A stretch of DNA of 58,899 nucleotides from an uncultured Verrucomicrobiota bacterium (GTDB taxonomy: Bacteria > Verrucomicrobiota > Kiritimatiellia > RFP12 > UBA1067). Of this stretch, positions 1 through 10,165 are shown piece after piece (position 1 is the first letter of the stretch; each line of letters begins with the position of its first letter). Both the position numbers and the translations under genes were made by a program. The notes below the pieces were generated by a model that made no database searches, was not told the DNA's origin, and worked only from the letters and a program-made list of their open reading frames with translations. The DNA lies in assembly GCA_946613265.1 (NCBI GenBank), contig CAMOFK010000006.1, forward strand, positions 1-58,899, given 5' to 3'.

Positions 1-311
1 GCCGCCAATGCTGGTGACGGAATCTGGAATCGTCACGCTAGTCAAGCCGCTGCAGCGCCCGAACGAAGCGAAGCCGATATTGGTGACGGAATCGGGAATC
101 GTCACGCTGGTCAAGCCGCTGCAGCCGTCGAACGCCCAGTCGCCGATGCTGGTGACGGAATCTGGGATCGTCACGCTAGTCAAGCCGCTGCAGCCGGAGA
201 ACGCAGAGCCGCCGATGCTGGTGACGGAATCTGGGATCGTCACGCTAGTCAAGCCGCTGCAGCCGTAGAACGCAGAGTTGACGATGCTCGTGACGGAATT
301 TGGGATCGTCA
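1..311 (-). pseudogene. Continuation of the LRR gene in a shifted frame, running off the window edge
   Basis: The repeat unit atcgtcacGctagtcaag reads atcgtcac-ctagtcaag at 305-321; the same LRR repeats continue without a stop to position 1. Confidence 0.75.
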
Positions 312-1901
312 CCTAGTCAAGCCGCTGCAGTTGGAGAACGCAAAGCCGCCAATGCTGGTGACGGAATCGGGAATCGTCACGCTCGTCAAGCCGCTGCACC
401 CGTAGAACGCTTCGTAGCCGATGCTGGTGACGGAATCGGGAATCGTCACGCTCGTCAAGCCGCTGCAGCCGGAGAACGCAGAATCGCTGATGCTGGTGAC
501 AGAATTGGGTATCGTCACGCTAGTCAAGCTGCGGCAGCCGTAGAACGCAGAATTGCCGATGTTCGTGACGGAATCTGGAATCGTCACGCTAGTCAAGCCG
601 CTGCAGCCGGAGAACGCATAGCCGCCGATACTGGTTACAGAATCTGGAACGACTATATCGCCGCCACTGCCATGATATGAATATATGGTATTTCGAACAA
701 TTACAAATCCATTAATGTCCGCAAGGCCGCTGCAGCCGGAGAACGCAGAGCCGCCGATACTGGTGACGGAATCGGGGATCGTCACGCTCGTCAAGCCGCT
801 GCACCAGTAGAACGCATGGTCGCCGATGCTGGTGACGGAATCGGGGATCGTCACGCTCGTCAAGCCGCTGCAGCACCAGAACGCAATGCCGCCGATGCTG
901 GTGACGGAATCTGGTATCGTCACGCTAGTCAAGCCGCGGCAGCCGTCGAACGCACCGTCGCCGATGCTGGTGACGGAATCAGGAATGACAATATCGCCGT
1001 CACTGCCATGATATGAGTATAGAGTATTTCGAATAATTACATATCCATTAGAGTCCGCAAGGCCGCTGCAGCCGCGGAACGCAGAGCCGCCAATGCTCGT
1101 GACGGAATCGGGAATCGTCACACTGGTCAAGCTGCTGCAGCCGTAGAACGCATAGCCGCCAATGCTTGTGACGGAATCAGGAATCGTCACGCTCGTCAAG
1201 CCGCTGCAGCCGCGGAACGCCTCGTTGCCGATGCTGGTGACGGAATCTGGAATGACAATATCGCTGTCACTGCCATGATATGAGTATAGAGTATTTCGAA
1301 TAATTACATATCCATTAGAGTCCGCAAGGCCGCTGCAGCCGCGGAACGCACCGCTGCCGATGCTCGTGACGGAATCTGGAATCGTCACGCTCGTCAAGCC
1401 ACTGCAGTCGCGGAAGGCACTGCCGCCGATACTCGTGACGGAATCGGGAATCGTCACGCTCGTCAAGCCGCTGCAGCCGTCGAACGCACAGTCGCCGATG
1501 TTGGTGACGGAATTGCCAATCGTCACGCTGGTCAAGCCGCTGCAGCCGTCGAACGCACCGTCGCCGATGCTGGTGACGGAATCAGGGATCGTCACGCTAG
1601 TCAAGCCGGTGCAGTCGTAGAACGCCGAGTCGCCGATGTATCCGACAGAAAATTCACCTAATTTAGACGGAATCGAAATGTCGCCTGAAATCAACCACCT
1701 ATCTACGGCGGTTTGCTGTGTAATACGCCCGTAACCATCTGTGGTGGAATAGCCTAAGCTGGCGCAACCATTGGCGACAGTAAATTTCCATAGGATTCCA
1801 TCGCCAATCTTTGACTTATATTCTTCTGCGTGCAATCCGACAGAGAATAGCACAACAGCCACAAACAGTGTCTGTGCAAACTTTTGAAATCCTCTCATCA
1901 T
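309..1901 (-). CDS. BspA/TpLRR-type leucine-rich repeat surface protein (5' part, ends at a frameshift)
   Basis: N-terminal signal peptide; many 23-aa repeats [23 protein letters not shown]; RBS GGAGGAG upstream; ORF stops at a 1-nt deletion near 312. Confidence 0.9.
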   Translation of the reverse strand: MMRGFQKFAQTLFVAVVLFSVGLHAEEYKSKIGDGILWKFTVANGCASLGYSTTDGYGRITQQTAVDRWLISGDISIPSKLGEFSVGYIGDSAFYDCTGLTSVTIPDSVTSIGDGAFDGCSGLTSVTIGNSVTNIGDCAFDGCSGLTSVTIPDSVTSIGGSAFRDCSGLTSVTIPDSVTSIGSGAFRGCSGLADSNGYVIIRNTLYSYHGSDSDIVIPDSVTSIGNEAFRGCSGLTSVTIPDSVTSIGGYAFYGCSSLTSVTIPDSVTSIGGSAFRGCSGLADSNGYVIIRNTLYSYHGSDGDIVIPDSVTSIGDGAFDGCRGLTSVTIPDSVTSIGGIAFWCCSGLTSVTIPDSVTSIGDHAFYWCSGLTSVTIPDSVTSIGGSAFSGCSGLADINGFVIVRNTIYSYHGSGGDIVVPDSVTSIGGYAFSGCSGLTSVTIPDSVTNIGNSAFYGCRSLTSVTIPNSVTSISDSAFSGCSGLTSVTIPDSVTSIGYEAFYGCSGLTSVTIPDSVTSIGGFAFSNCSGLTR

Positions 1902-1931
1902 GAAATTCTCCTCCGGTCTTCAATGAATGGA

Positions 1932-2005
1932 AGCTAACAGCGACTTCGCCAAATTATCGTTCGTGCGCCGAACAAGATAATCCAACTGCGACGCTTATGT
2001 TAAAC
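1932..2005. other. attC-like imperfect inverted repeat (candidate)
   Basis: Minus strand GTTTAAC...GTTAGCT ends, 74 bp, inner hairpin attatc-gttcg/cgaac-aa-gataat; L boxes match poorly. Confidence 0.3.
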
Positions 2006-2202
2006 AATCGAGCATTCCTTTCGCATTGGTAGGAATGCAAAAACACGACGCGCCTTGTCGCACGGGATGTGCGGCAAAGCGCGCGGATTTGCTGCGGGAA
2101 ATGTTTTTCGAGGAAGTCGCCTGGAACGCTCTGAAACGCGCCTGGAACGGCCTAGAATCGACGTTTGGGGTCGAGGGAATCATGGGGGTGTTTCAAACAC
2201 TT

Positions 2203-2225
2203 CCCGCCTCCTGGAGGGAGGCGGG
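2203..2225 (-). terminator. GC hairpin after the lipoprotein gene
   Basis: cccgcctcc/ggaggcggg stem about 10 nt past the stop codon; weak U tract. Confidence 0.45.
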
Positions 2226-2235
2226 GGAAGCGCGC

Positions 2236-3024
2236 TTACATATTGTCGAGGTCTGCATCCGAGAACGTGGAGAAAACTTCGATAGGATAGCCGCGATCGA
2301 GATCTTCCATTTTATCGACGGTGCAGCTGCTGGCGGTCTGCATGGCGATGCGCTTCAGGTTGATCTTCGCGGGCGTGGTCCAGGTGAACTTCGAAAGCGA
2401 GACGAGCGCGTCCGGGTCGTTCTCCGTGTCGGCCAGCACTGCGACGATCGGGCCGTCCTTGCCGATGCGCGCGCGGGACTCCACGGCGATGGTGCCGGAG
2501 GAAATCGCGTCTGTCACGAGGCCGAGGCAGGGGATGAAGAAGTCGCCGACCATTCCCGCCGCGTAAACGCTCGACTTCGTGGGCGCGAACGCGACTATGG
2601 CAGACTCCACGACAAGCGTATTCGGTTCGTCCGGGCTGTCGACGACGGTCACGCCGATGGCCTTTTCCTGCGCCTTGAAAGCGTTGTAGTAAGCCTTGCG
2701 CGCGAATTCGGCGAGGTCCTGCAGATCCGATTCGGCGGTGGTGATGCTTTTCGCGAACTCGTCCCAGGCGCCGCCTTTCTGGAGATAGCCCGTCTCCACC
2801 GGCGCGATATAGACATGTTTGATGTCGGCCGCAATGAGCGCGTCGAGGTCGGCCCAGTAGTAGTGGAACGGGCAGGAGTCGTCCATGCGGCGGAGCTTTT
2901 CGTGATGCGGCAGGAAGTCTGTGAGCGGGACCGGGTCGGCGCGCAGCCACGAGGTGAGGGTGGATTTGCAGCCGACGAGCGCGAGAAGCGCCGCCGTGAC
3001 GACGAGGAACTTTGGTTTTGCCAT
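2236..3024 (-). CDS. DUF3313-like lipoprotein
   Basis: Lipobox LVGC; size and pattern resemble DUF3313; TGATATAAT at 3064-3072 and RBS upstream. Confidence 0.65.
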   Translation of the reverse strand: MAKPKFLVVTAALLALVGCKSTLTSWLRADPVPLTDFLPHHEKLRRMDDSCPFHYYWADLDALIAADIKHVYIAPVETGYLQKGGAWDEFAKSITTAESDLQDLAEFARKAYYNAFKAQEKAIGVTVVDSPDEPNTLVVESAIVAFAPTKSSVYAAGMVGDFFIPCLGLVTDAISSGTIAVESRARIGKDGPIVAVLADTENDPDALVSLSKFTWTTPAKINLKRIAMQTASSCTVDKMEDLDRGYPIEVFSTFSDADLDNM

Positions 3025-3113
3025 ATTCACCTTTCGTGTGTAGTGTTCGGTTCAACGGGAGAAATTATATCAAAAAACCGATGGGCGCGTAAGGGGGGAG
3101 ATTGCCCGCCGGC

Positions 3114-5543
3114 TTATTTGAAGCGGCATTCGAGAATGCCGCCGGAGAAGCGTTTCTGCAGCGCGATGTTGATGCGAACGGCTTGCGCGGTTGCGGCGGA
3201 CGGCAGCTCGAGCGCGCAGAAGCGATCTTTCGCGATCGTGCCCGGGAGAGCGCACTCCTGCCACGGGGCGTCTTCCGATTCGCGCCATGAAAGGCTCCAA
3301 GCCTCCGGCAGCCGGCATTCGCCCTTGCCGGTATCGTCAAACCAGTAAATCTCTACTCCGCGCAGAGTCTTCGGAGCGGAGAAATCGAACTGCACCCATT
3401 CGCGAGTGCCTTTATGATCCCAGAACGTGAGGCGAGGAATGGATTGATCGTCCGAGGCTTTCGGCTCTACGCCATCGATGGCGGCGCCGACGGAATCGCG
3501 CGAGAAGCAGTGCGAAGCGCTCGCAACGACCGGCGGGCGCTCGACAGGAAACCAAGTCTGCATTTCGTTGCCGCTTGCGCGGTTCCCCCAGATGGCATAC
3601 GGAACGAGCACGACGCCATTCGAAGATTTCAGAGACGGGAAAGACTGGTCGCCGATAGCGATTTCACCCGTCGCGAACGACGCATCCGCAGGAATGACGG
3701 CGTCGAACGCCCTTCCTCCATTGTCCGCGCCTTCCGCGCAATAGAGCACAGGGCCGCGCATGACCGCAAGCCGTCCACGATCGGCTTCGACGGCGGGATG
3801 GGCTTTGATGCGGCGTGGCGGCATGTTCATCTGGACTTCAACGACGTCACCCTTCTTCCATGCACGGTCGATCGCGCAAAAGCCGTCCACCGGCGCTACT
3901 TCGACATTCTCGCCATTCACCTTGACCGAGAAATCCGCGAGCGTGCCAGGCTCGGTTTGCGTATAGAGATCGCTCGGCACGGGACGCCCGACGCACCATC
4001 CCGGCACGCGGATATTGAGCGTGAACGCCAAGGTGCCGTCCGGGGATTCGGGAGTGACCTCGATGCGCGAATTCCCTTCCCACGGGTAGGCCGTCTTCTG
4101 CGAAAGCTTTACATCGCCCCAATAGAGCGACAGCTTCACATCGCTCTCCACGAATAGATTGACGTATGCCGCATTCGCGCGCGTGGCGTATGCGAACTGC
4201 GCGATCTGCGGAATGAACCGGACGACATTCACCGGGCAGCACGAGCAGCCGAACCACTTGGAACGCTTGTAGCCTCCCTTGGAAGCCAGCGGATTCGGAT
4301 AGAAAAATTCATCGCCTCGCAGGCTCACGCCGGAGAGGATGCCGTTGTAGATCGCCAGCTCCATGACGTCGATGTACTTGGCGTCGCCGTGCATGAGGAA
4401 CATGCGTTCGTTCCAGAGAGCGTTGCCGATTCCCGCGCACGTTTCGTTGTATGCCGTCTCATTGGGGAGTTCATAGTTCGCGCCGAAGGATTCGCCGCGA
4501 TGCCGCGCGCCAACGGAGCCGTTGAGCGCGAGTTTCTTCCGCACCACGTTTTCCCATATGGCGTCGATCGCCTTGATGTAATCGTCGTTGCCGGCGAGCG
4601 CTGCGACATCCGCCATGCCGCAATAGAGGTATGTGGCGCGGACGGCGTGGCCGACGGCCTCGCGCTGCCGCGTCACGGGCAGGTGCGTCTGGAAATACGC
4701 GCCGTGGGCGTCCATCTCGCTGCCGGCGACGAGTTCGCCGGACTGCGCGGAAACCTTGCCCCAGCGCGCATCGCCGCCTTGGCGGCCGCGCATGTCGAGG
4801 AGGAACTGCGCAAGCTTCAAATACCTCGCCTCGCCGGTCGCGCGATACAGTTTGCAAAGCGCCAGCTCTATTTCCTGGTGCCCGGAAGTGTCTTTGAGCT
4901 GCGACGGCGCCGGGCCGAACGTGCGGTCGATGAGATCGGCGGATTTGATCGCGGCGTCGAGAAGCGTCCGCTTGCCTGTCGCTTCCCAGTATGCGACGGC
5001 GGCTTCATAGAGATGCCCGACGTTGTAGAATTCATGGCTGTGCGAGAGATAGCTCCAGCGCGTCGGCCCCATGCGATCGAAGCCCAGCTTGCCGTCCTTT
5101 CCTATTTTGGTATGGCCAAGCGTGCGGGCGGTGTAGAGATACCCGTCCGGCTCCTGCGCGCCGGCGATCGCCTCGTTTACGCTATCGACATATTTCTCCA
5201 GCTCCGCATCGGGGTGCAGCGCGAGGATGTACGCCGCGCCCTCAACGACTTTGTAAACGTCCGAATCGTCGAATGGAATTCCCTTGAACGTGCCCCACTC
5301 GTGCGCGGCGGCCTTCCTGAAATTCGGTATGCGCGCGAGTTCGCATTTCTCGAAATCCGTCTTCAGGGTGACGAGACGGTTTGTCTCGATGCGCGGGAGC
5401 CAGAACCCTCCGATGACGGTCACATTCGTAAGCGCGGCCGGACGGAATGGATAATCGTTTGCCGGGCAAAGCAATGCGAACATCGCGGCGGCCGCCGCGA
5501 AAACGCCCTGGACGCGGGAACGGGCACGGTTTCTCTCTATCAT
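3114..5543 (-). CDS. GH127 beta-L-arabinofuranosidase-like glycoside hydrolase with C-terminal F5/8 (CBM32-like) domain
   Basis: DSDVYK, HEFYNVGH, GHQEIELAL, GHAVRA, YNETCA, CSCCP motifs; signal peptide; C-terminal discoidin-like YWFDD domain. Confidence 0.9.
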   Translation of the reverse strand: MIERNRARSRVQGVFAAAAAMFALLCPANDYPFRPAALTNVTVIGGFWLPRIETNRLVTLKTDFEKCELARIPNFRKAAAHEWGTFKGIPFDDSDVYKVVEGAAYILALHPDAELEKYVDSVNEAIAGAQEPDGYLYTARTLGHTKIGKDGKLGFDRMGPTRWSYLSHSHEFYNVGHLYEAAVAYWEATGKRTLLDAAIKSADLIDRTFGPAPSQLKDTSGHQEIELALCKLYRATGEARYLKLAQFLLDMRGRQGGDARWGKVSAQSGELVAGSEMDAHGAYFQTHLPVTRQREAVGHAVRATYLYCGMADVAALAGNDDYIKAIDAIWENVVRKKLALNGSVGARHRGESFGANYELPNETAYNETCAGIGNALWNERMFLMHGDAKYIDVMELAIYNGILSGVSLRGDEFFYPNPLASKGGYKRSKWFGCSCCPVNVVRFIPQIAQFAYATRANAAYVNLFVESDVKLSLYWGDVKLSQKTAYPWEGNSRIEVTPESPDGTLAFTLNIRVPGWCVGRPVPSDLYTQTEPGTLADFSVKVNGENVEVAPVDGFCAIDRAWKKGDVVEVQMNMPPRRIKAHPAVEADRGRLAVMRGPVLYCAEGADNGGRAFDAVIPADASFATGEIAIGDQSFPSLKSSNGVVLVPYAIWGNRASGNEMQTWFPVERPPVVASASHCFSRDSVGAAIDGVEPKASDDQSIPRLTFWDHKGTREWVQFDFSAPKTLRGVEIYWFDDTGKGECRLPEAWSLSWRESEDAPWQECALPGTIAKDRFCALELPSAATAQAVRINIALQKRFSGGILECRFK

Positions 5544-5591
5544 GTTTTCCTTCTCTTTCGTTTGCATGAAAATGAATTGCACAGGCTATCT

Positions 5592-6974
5592 TCACCTTGT
5601 GACGACTACTACGGCGGAAGCGACGGCGATGACAATGGCGAAATAGGCGACCGCCCTTCCCATGACTTCGCTTTCGCGTCCGGACAGCCCTGCCGCCGCG
5701 CAGCCAAGCACGATCGACTGCGGGCAGAGCATCTTGCCTATCCCCGCGCCCATGATATTGGCGGCGGCGAAAAGGAATTTCTCTGGTTCGCTCGTCGCAA
5801 CCGAGACCTGCAAAGAGCCGAAGAGGACGTTCGAGCTGGTGCCGGAGCCGGTCACGAAACCGCCGAGCGCGCCAATGACTCCCGAGACGGCGGCATAGCC
5901 CTTCCCCGTTGCGGCGACGATGGCGCCGGCGATTGCAGACGTCATCCCCGAGGCGGACATTGTCTTTGCAAGGGCCAGCACGGTGCAGATCGTCAATATC
6001 GCCAAGGCGTATTTCCGCGCGGTGGCGGCGAGCAATGCGGCGAGGCGCAAAGGCTTGATGCGCTGGCACAACCCTCCTGCAAACGCCGCCGCGAGGATGA
6101 GAATGCCAGGGGAAAGCTTGCGGCCTTGGGGCATGGCGGCATTCGCGGCAAGCGCCGCGATGACGAATGCGAAAGGCATCCACGCCCAAGCCTGGCGCCG
6201 AAAGTCTATCGCCTTGCGGTCGCCGGCGAGCGCGAGCGCGAGCATCACGCAAAGCCCGCCGGCAACGTCAGGGAGTTCGCAGCCGGCGAACGCCGCGACC
6301 GCCAGCCACGGAACGAGGAAGGCGAAATCCGCGACGACGCCGAGAAGCCACTTCTCCTTCAACCCTCTCCAGCCGTCGGCGACGAAAAGGATCAGGAATG
6401 GCGAGAGCAAAGTGGCGGTGATCTGGAGAAGCGCGATCGTCTTCGTCAGCCGTGCGGCATCGAGTCCAGTCTCGTGCGCCAGCACCATCGTGGGCACGCC
6501 GACGGAGCCGAACGCCGTCGGCGTAGTATTCGCGACCAGGCAGCAAAGCACGGCTTTCAGCGGATCGAAACCCGCGCCTACGAGTATCGCGCACGGTATC
6601 GCGACAGCCGTGCCAAAGCCCGCCATGCCTTCCATGAAGTTTCCAAAGCCCCACGCGACAAGCAGCGCGAGATAGCGGCGGTCTGCGGAAAGCGAAGCAA
6701 GCCCGTTGCGAATTACAGCGCCGGCTCCGGATTGTTCGACGACGGCGTACGTGAAAAGCGCGGCGATTATGACGAGGCCGATAGGGAAAAGCCCAGTGGC
6801 GACGCCGCCAGCCGCGGCTTCGGCGAGTTCACGGACGCCAAGCGATTTCCAGAAGAGCGCAATAGCCGCGCCCGAAGCGAATGCGAGCAATGCCGCGCGC
6901 CATGCCGCAAGCTTCAGCGCCGCGAGAGCGAGCAACAGAACGAGTATCGGCAGTATCGAGAGAAAAGCGTCCAT
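5592..6974 (-). CDS. lctP: L-lactate permease family transporter
   Basis: FMEGMAGFGTAVAI, ANTTPTAFGSVGVP, GSGTSSNVLFG, GKMLCPQSI motifs; multi-TM. Confidence 0.88.
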   Translation of the reverse strand: MDAFLSILPILVLLLALAALKLAAWRAALLAFASGAAIALFWKSLGVRELAEAAAGGVATGLFPIGLVIIAALFTYAVVEQSGAGAVIRNGLASLSADRRYLALLVAWGFGNFMEGMAGFGTAVAIPCAILVGAGFDPLKAVLCCLVANTTPTAFGSVGVPTMVLAHETGLDAARLTKTIALLQITATLLSPFLILFVADGWRGLKEKWLLGVVADFAFLVPWLAVAAFAGCELPDVAGGLCVMLALALAGDRKAIDFRRQAWAWMPFAFVIAALAANAAMPQGRKLSPGILILAAAFAGGLCQRIKPLRLAALLAATARKYALAILTICTVLALAKTMSASGMTSAIAGAIVAATGKGYAAVSGVIGALGGFVTGSGTSSNVLFGSLQVSVATSEPEKFLFAAANIMGAGIGKMLCPQSIVLGCAAAGLSGRESEVMGRAVAYFAIVIAVASAVVVVTR

Positions 6975-7007
6975 CCAGCGTGATCTTTGCAATCTCAAAC
7001 ACGGCGC

Positions 7008-7016
7008 ATTATACCA
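7008..7016 (-). promoter_or_regulatory. Extended -10 promoter (TGGTATAAT)
   Basis: Perfect TGnTATAAT just upstream of lctP. Confidence 0.6.
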
Positions 7017-7025
7017 TAAACGCGT

Positions 7026-7880
7026 TCAGCGGGCAACGGGGCCGCGCGCGTTTCCGGCGCCGCCGCGCTTCACGCGCAGCGGTCGCGCGAGCATGGAAAT
7101 CCTCGCGATTTCGCCGAAGTCGCCGAAGTTGGCGCTGTGGGCGTCGGCGCCATAGACGAAGGGAACGCCGCGCGCGGCGAGGGCATCGCAAAAGCGCTGC
7201 GACGGGTAGGCGTCTGCCATCCAGCCGCGCGAGATTCCGCCGGTGTTTATTTCGACGGTTTTGCCGGATGCGGCGATGGCGTCCGCGGTTGCCTCCAGCT
7301 CTTTCAGATACCACGGCGCGGATTCATCGAGCCAATTCAAGCGGCCGTTGAATTTCCGCAAGAGATCGGCGTGGCCGACGATATCGAAATCGAACTCTTC
7401 GACCATGCGGCGCTCCGCCGCGAAATAGGCTTCTGCGAAGGCGCGGAAATCTCCGCCGAAATGGCTCTTTACGCCCTCGACGAAAGAGCCGGGGGATTTA
7501 TCGACATCGACAATGGCGCCATCGGGGGCGCGCAGGAAATGTATCGAGCCGATCATGAAATCGAGCGAAAGCCCCGCCGGCTCCAGCGCGGCATCGTAAA
7601 GCTTGCGCGAAGGCGCGGCGCTGCCGGGCAGATAATCCGCCTCCACGCCGAGGAGGATTTCGAGGCGCCCGGAGTATTCCGCGGCGAGTTCGCGTATTTC
7701 CGCGGCGTATCGCGGAAGTTTCGCCGCGGTCACCGGCCATTCCAGCATATCGCCGGGCAGCATCGCATGCGAAGAAAACCCCAGCGTTTCGAAGCCTGCC
7801 GAGATGGCGGCATCCGCCATCTCGCGCGGCGTCGCCGCGCCATCGCACCACTTCGTATGCGTATGATAGTTCGTTTTCAT
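7026..7880 (-). CDS. PHP-family histidinol-phosphatase (HisJ/HisK type)
   Basis: NYHTHTxxCDG, GFSSH, GVEAD, IGSIH, GHADL, EINTG, GADAH motifs. Confidence 0.85.
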   Translation of the reverse strand: MKTNYHTHTKWCDGAATPREMADAAISAGFETLGFSSHAMLPGDMLEWPVTAAKLPRYAAEIRELAAEYSGRLEILLGVEADYLPGSAAPSRKLYDAALEPAGLSLDFMIGSIHFLRAPDGAIVDVDKSPGSFVEGVKSHFGGDFRAFAEAYFAAERRMVEEFDFDIVGHADLLRKFNGRLNWLDESAPWYLKELEATADAIAASGKTVEINTGGISRGWMADAYPSQRFCDALAARGVPFVYGADAHSANFGDFGEIARISMLARPLRVKRGGAGNARGPVAR

Positions 7881-7893
7881 ATGCGCTTGCGGC

Positions 7894-8193
7894 TTAGGAG
7901 ATGAGCATGTAGAGAGCGGTGCCGGCGAATATCGCGACAAGCCCCGAGCGCGTCGCGAGTTGTATCGCTACAACCGCCGCGCCGGCGATATACGGCGCGG
8001 CCGTGCACCATTCGAGATCCGCGAAGGAATAGACTATAAGCGCGGCGATCACAATCGGCGAAAGCCATTTTTCCGCCAAGCGCACCCAAGCGCTCTCGCC
8101 GCCGCGTCCGCTCTTCGCGCAAATCGCGAACGGGAGCGCGCGCAGGCCGAAAATCACGGCCGCCGCGACAGCCGCGACAAGAAAACTATGCAT
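7894..8193 (-). CDS. azlD: AzlD-family branched-chain amino acid exporter small subunit
   Basis: Small hydrophobic protein with RALPF motif; overlaps azlC stop. Confidence 0.8.
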   Translation of the reverse strand: MHSFLVAAVAAAVIFGLRALPFAICAKSGRGGESAWVRLAEKWLSPIVIAALIVYSFADLEWCTAAPYIAGAAVVAIQLATRSGLVAIFAGTALYMLIS

Positions 8194-8791
8194 CTCGCGC
8201 CTCCCTTTTCGAACGTGCGTTTTTGCGAAGTTCCGCGGCCAGACCTTTTACCTGGTCGGTGAATATAGAAATGAACAGCGCCGCCATGATGAAATTCATG
8301 CCGCTGGCAGGGACGGGGTACAACGAGCCGACGAGCGCGCCAAGCGTCGTCCCCGCCGTCCAATATGAAATATCCAGCGCCGTAAGGTAGGTGCAAAAGC
8401 GTATGAAGTCGGCGCGGCTTGGATATTGCCGGCTCGCCTCCAGCGCGTAATTCTCGTCTGCCAGGCCGGATATGAGAAAGCATTTGCGGAAGAAGCCCAC
8501 GCCGCGCCAGCGTCCGATAAGCGAAAACCCGTAAAGCGCGTAGCGAAACGAAATGAGGAAAGTAAGGAAAGCGACCTCGCAAAGCCCAAGACCCTGGCCA
8601 ATCCATTTCCCGATGACGAATTGCAAAGTCCCCGAAAGACTGAAAGCGGCGATGCCGCCGCTCCAAAGCGCGGCGCAATCAAGTCCGCACGACGATGCGA
8701 AGGCTATGCCGGCTGCAAACCCCATCGTGCCATAGCCCAGCAGGATCGGCAAAGACGCCTTGAATGCATCGATAAAGACGTTTCTTTTCAT
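8186..8791 (-). CDS. azlC: AzlC-family branched-chain amino acid exporter
   Basis: SLPILLGY, SGTLQF, RYALYG, LADENYA motifs. Confidence 0.85.
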   Translation of the reverse strand: MKRNVFIDAFKASLPILLGYGTMGFAAGIAFASSCGLDCAALWSGGIAAFSLSGTLQFVIGKWIGQGLGLCEVAFLTFLISFRYALYGFSLIGRWRGVGFFRKCFLISGLADENYALEASRQYPSRADFIRFCTYLTALDISYWTAGTTLGALVGSLYPVPASGMNFIMAALFISIFTDQVKGLAAELRKNARSKREARDA

Positions 8792-8841
8792 TTCATCCAA
8801 CTTCAACCCAAACGCCGCTATAGGAAATCGTATATGCCCAG

Positions 8842-8867
8842 AAGAAAAGCTCCGGCACCACCGGGGC
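8842..8867 (-). terminator. Rho-independent terminator
   Basis: gccccgg/ccggagc stem followed by TTTTCTT on the minus strand right after the DUF167 stop. Confidence 0.6.
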
Positions 8868-8868
8868 G

Positions 8869-9159
8869 TCAGCAGGAGACGCGGAAAATCTCCGCGATCT
8901 GCGCGGCCGTCATGCCGGAGACGACAAGACGCTTCGTTTTCGAAGTTTCGCCGGACTTGAAAAAGACGCGCGACTTCGCAACCCCCAAAGCGCCGGCTAG
9001 CGTTTCGACAAGCTCCTTGTTGGCTTTGCCATCAACAGGCGCGGAACGTATGCGAATCTTCAGCGCATCGCCCACAACGCCTTCGACCAGCGCGCGCGAC
9101 GAACGCGGCTGCGCGCGCACCGCTACAATCGCTCCATCCTGGCTATCGACGGCAAACAT
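8869..9159 (-). CDS. DUF167/YggU family protein
   Basis: VRAQPRS, LKIRIRSAPVDGKANKEL, GETSKTK motifs. Confidence 0.88.
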   Translation of the reverse strand: MFAVDSQDGAIVAVRAQPRSSRALVEGVVGDALKIRIRSAPVDGKANKELVETLAGALGVAKSRVFFKSGETSKTKRLVVSGMTAAQIAEIFRVSC

Positions 9160-9185
9160 GGCGAAAGACTTCTTTCTCCGGTTTT

Positions 9186-10079
9186 TCAGAGCGCCAGCAT
9201 CGCGTCGATCGCGCGCTTTGCGCGGACGGCGGTCTCTTCCGGCACGACAACGCGCGTCTTCATTTCGCGCAGGGCTTCGAGAAGCGACTCTTTTGTCGTC
9301 TTCTTCATGTTCGGGCATACGAGCCGCTCCGTGACAGGATGGAAAAGCTTGCCCGGATTCTCTTTGCGAAGGCGGTGCAGCAATCCGATTTCAGTGCCGA
9401 CGATGAATTCGCGCGCCGGCGAAGTGCGCGCAAACGCGCACATCCCGCCGGTCGAAAGCCGCTCGTCCGCGGCCTCGCGGACATCGCGCGCACACTCGGG
9501 ATGGACCATGACGACCGCGCCGGGATGCTCGAGGCGCGCCTGTTCGATTTTCCGCGCGGTGAGCATGGCGTGCGTCGGGCAATATCCCGGCCAAAGCTCG
9601 TAGCGCCTGCCGAGCTTCGCGGCGACATGCGAGCCGAGATGCTGGTCCGGCACGAATATAACCTTCTCGTCAGGAGGGAAGGTGGCCAAGACGCGCTCTG
9701 CATTCCCGCTCGTGACGCAGATGTCGCACTCCGCTTTCACCTCCGCAGTGGAATTCACATAGCAAACGGCCTTCGCGCCGGGATGCTTCGCCTTGAGCGC
9801 GCGCAGCTGCGCGGCGTCGATCATGTCTGCCATCGGGCAGCCTGCGTCCGGATCGGGGATAAGCACGATCTTGCCGGGATTGAGGATCGCCGCGGTCTCA
9901 GCCATGAAATAGACTCCGCAAAAGACGATGACATCGCTTTCGACTTGCGTGGCGCGGCGCGCAAGCTCGAGGGAATCGCCGGTGAAATCGGCGAGTTCCT
10001 GCACTTCCGCACGCTGGTAGTTGTGCGCGAGAATTACGGCGTTGCGCTCCTTTTTGAGCCGCTCTATCGTTTCTTTCAT
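9186..10079 (-). CDS. nadA: Quinolinate synthase
   Basis: ILAHNYQ, GDSLEL, FCGVYFMAE, AGCPMA, YVNS, HPEC, CPNMK motifs. Confidence 0.96.
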   Translation of the reverse strand: MKETIERLKKERNAVILAHNYQRAEVQELADFTGDSLELARRATQVESDVIVFCGVYFMAETAAILNPGKIVLIPDPDAGCPMADMIDAAQLRALKAKHPGAKAVCYVNSTAEVKAECDICVTSGNAERVLATFPPDEKVIFVPDQHLGSHVAAKLGRRYELWPGYCPTHAMLTARKIEQARLEHPGAVVMVHPECARDVREAADERLSTGGMCAFARTSPAREFIVGTEIGLLHRLRKENPGKLFHPVTERLVCPNMKKTTKESLLEALREMKTRVVVPEETAVRAKRAIDAMLAL

Positions 10080-10165
10080 TCTGTTGATTCCCGGTTGTGG
10101 CGTTTGGCGCCGTGGTGTCGCCGCCGGACTGGAGAGCTTTTGCGCATCCGTCCGCTTCCTGCGGA

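Noticed and set aside
1-1901. Diversity-generating retroelement target
   Set aside because: No reverse transcriptase or template repeat is visible, and variation is not obviously adenine-specific
10080-10165. NAD+ riboswitch upstream of nadA
   Set aside because: Small hairpins are present but I see no match to the nadA-motif consensus; an Rfam scan would settle it
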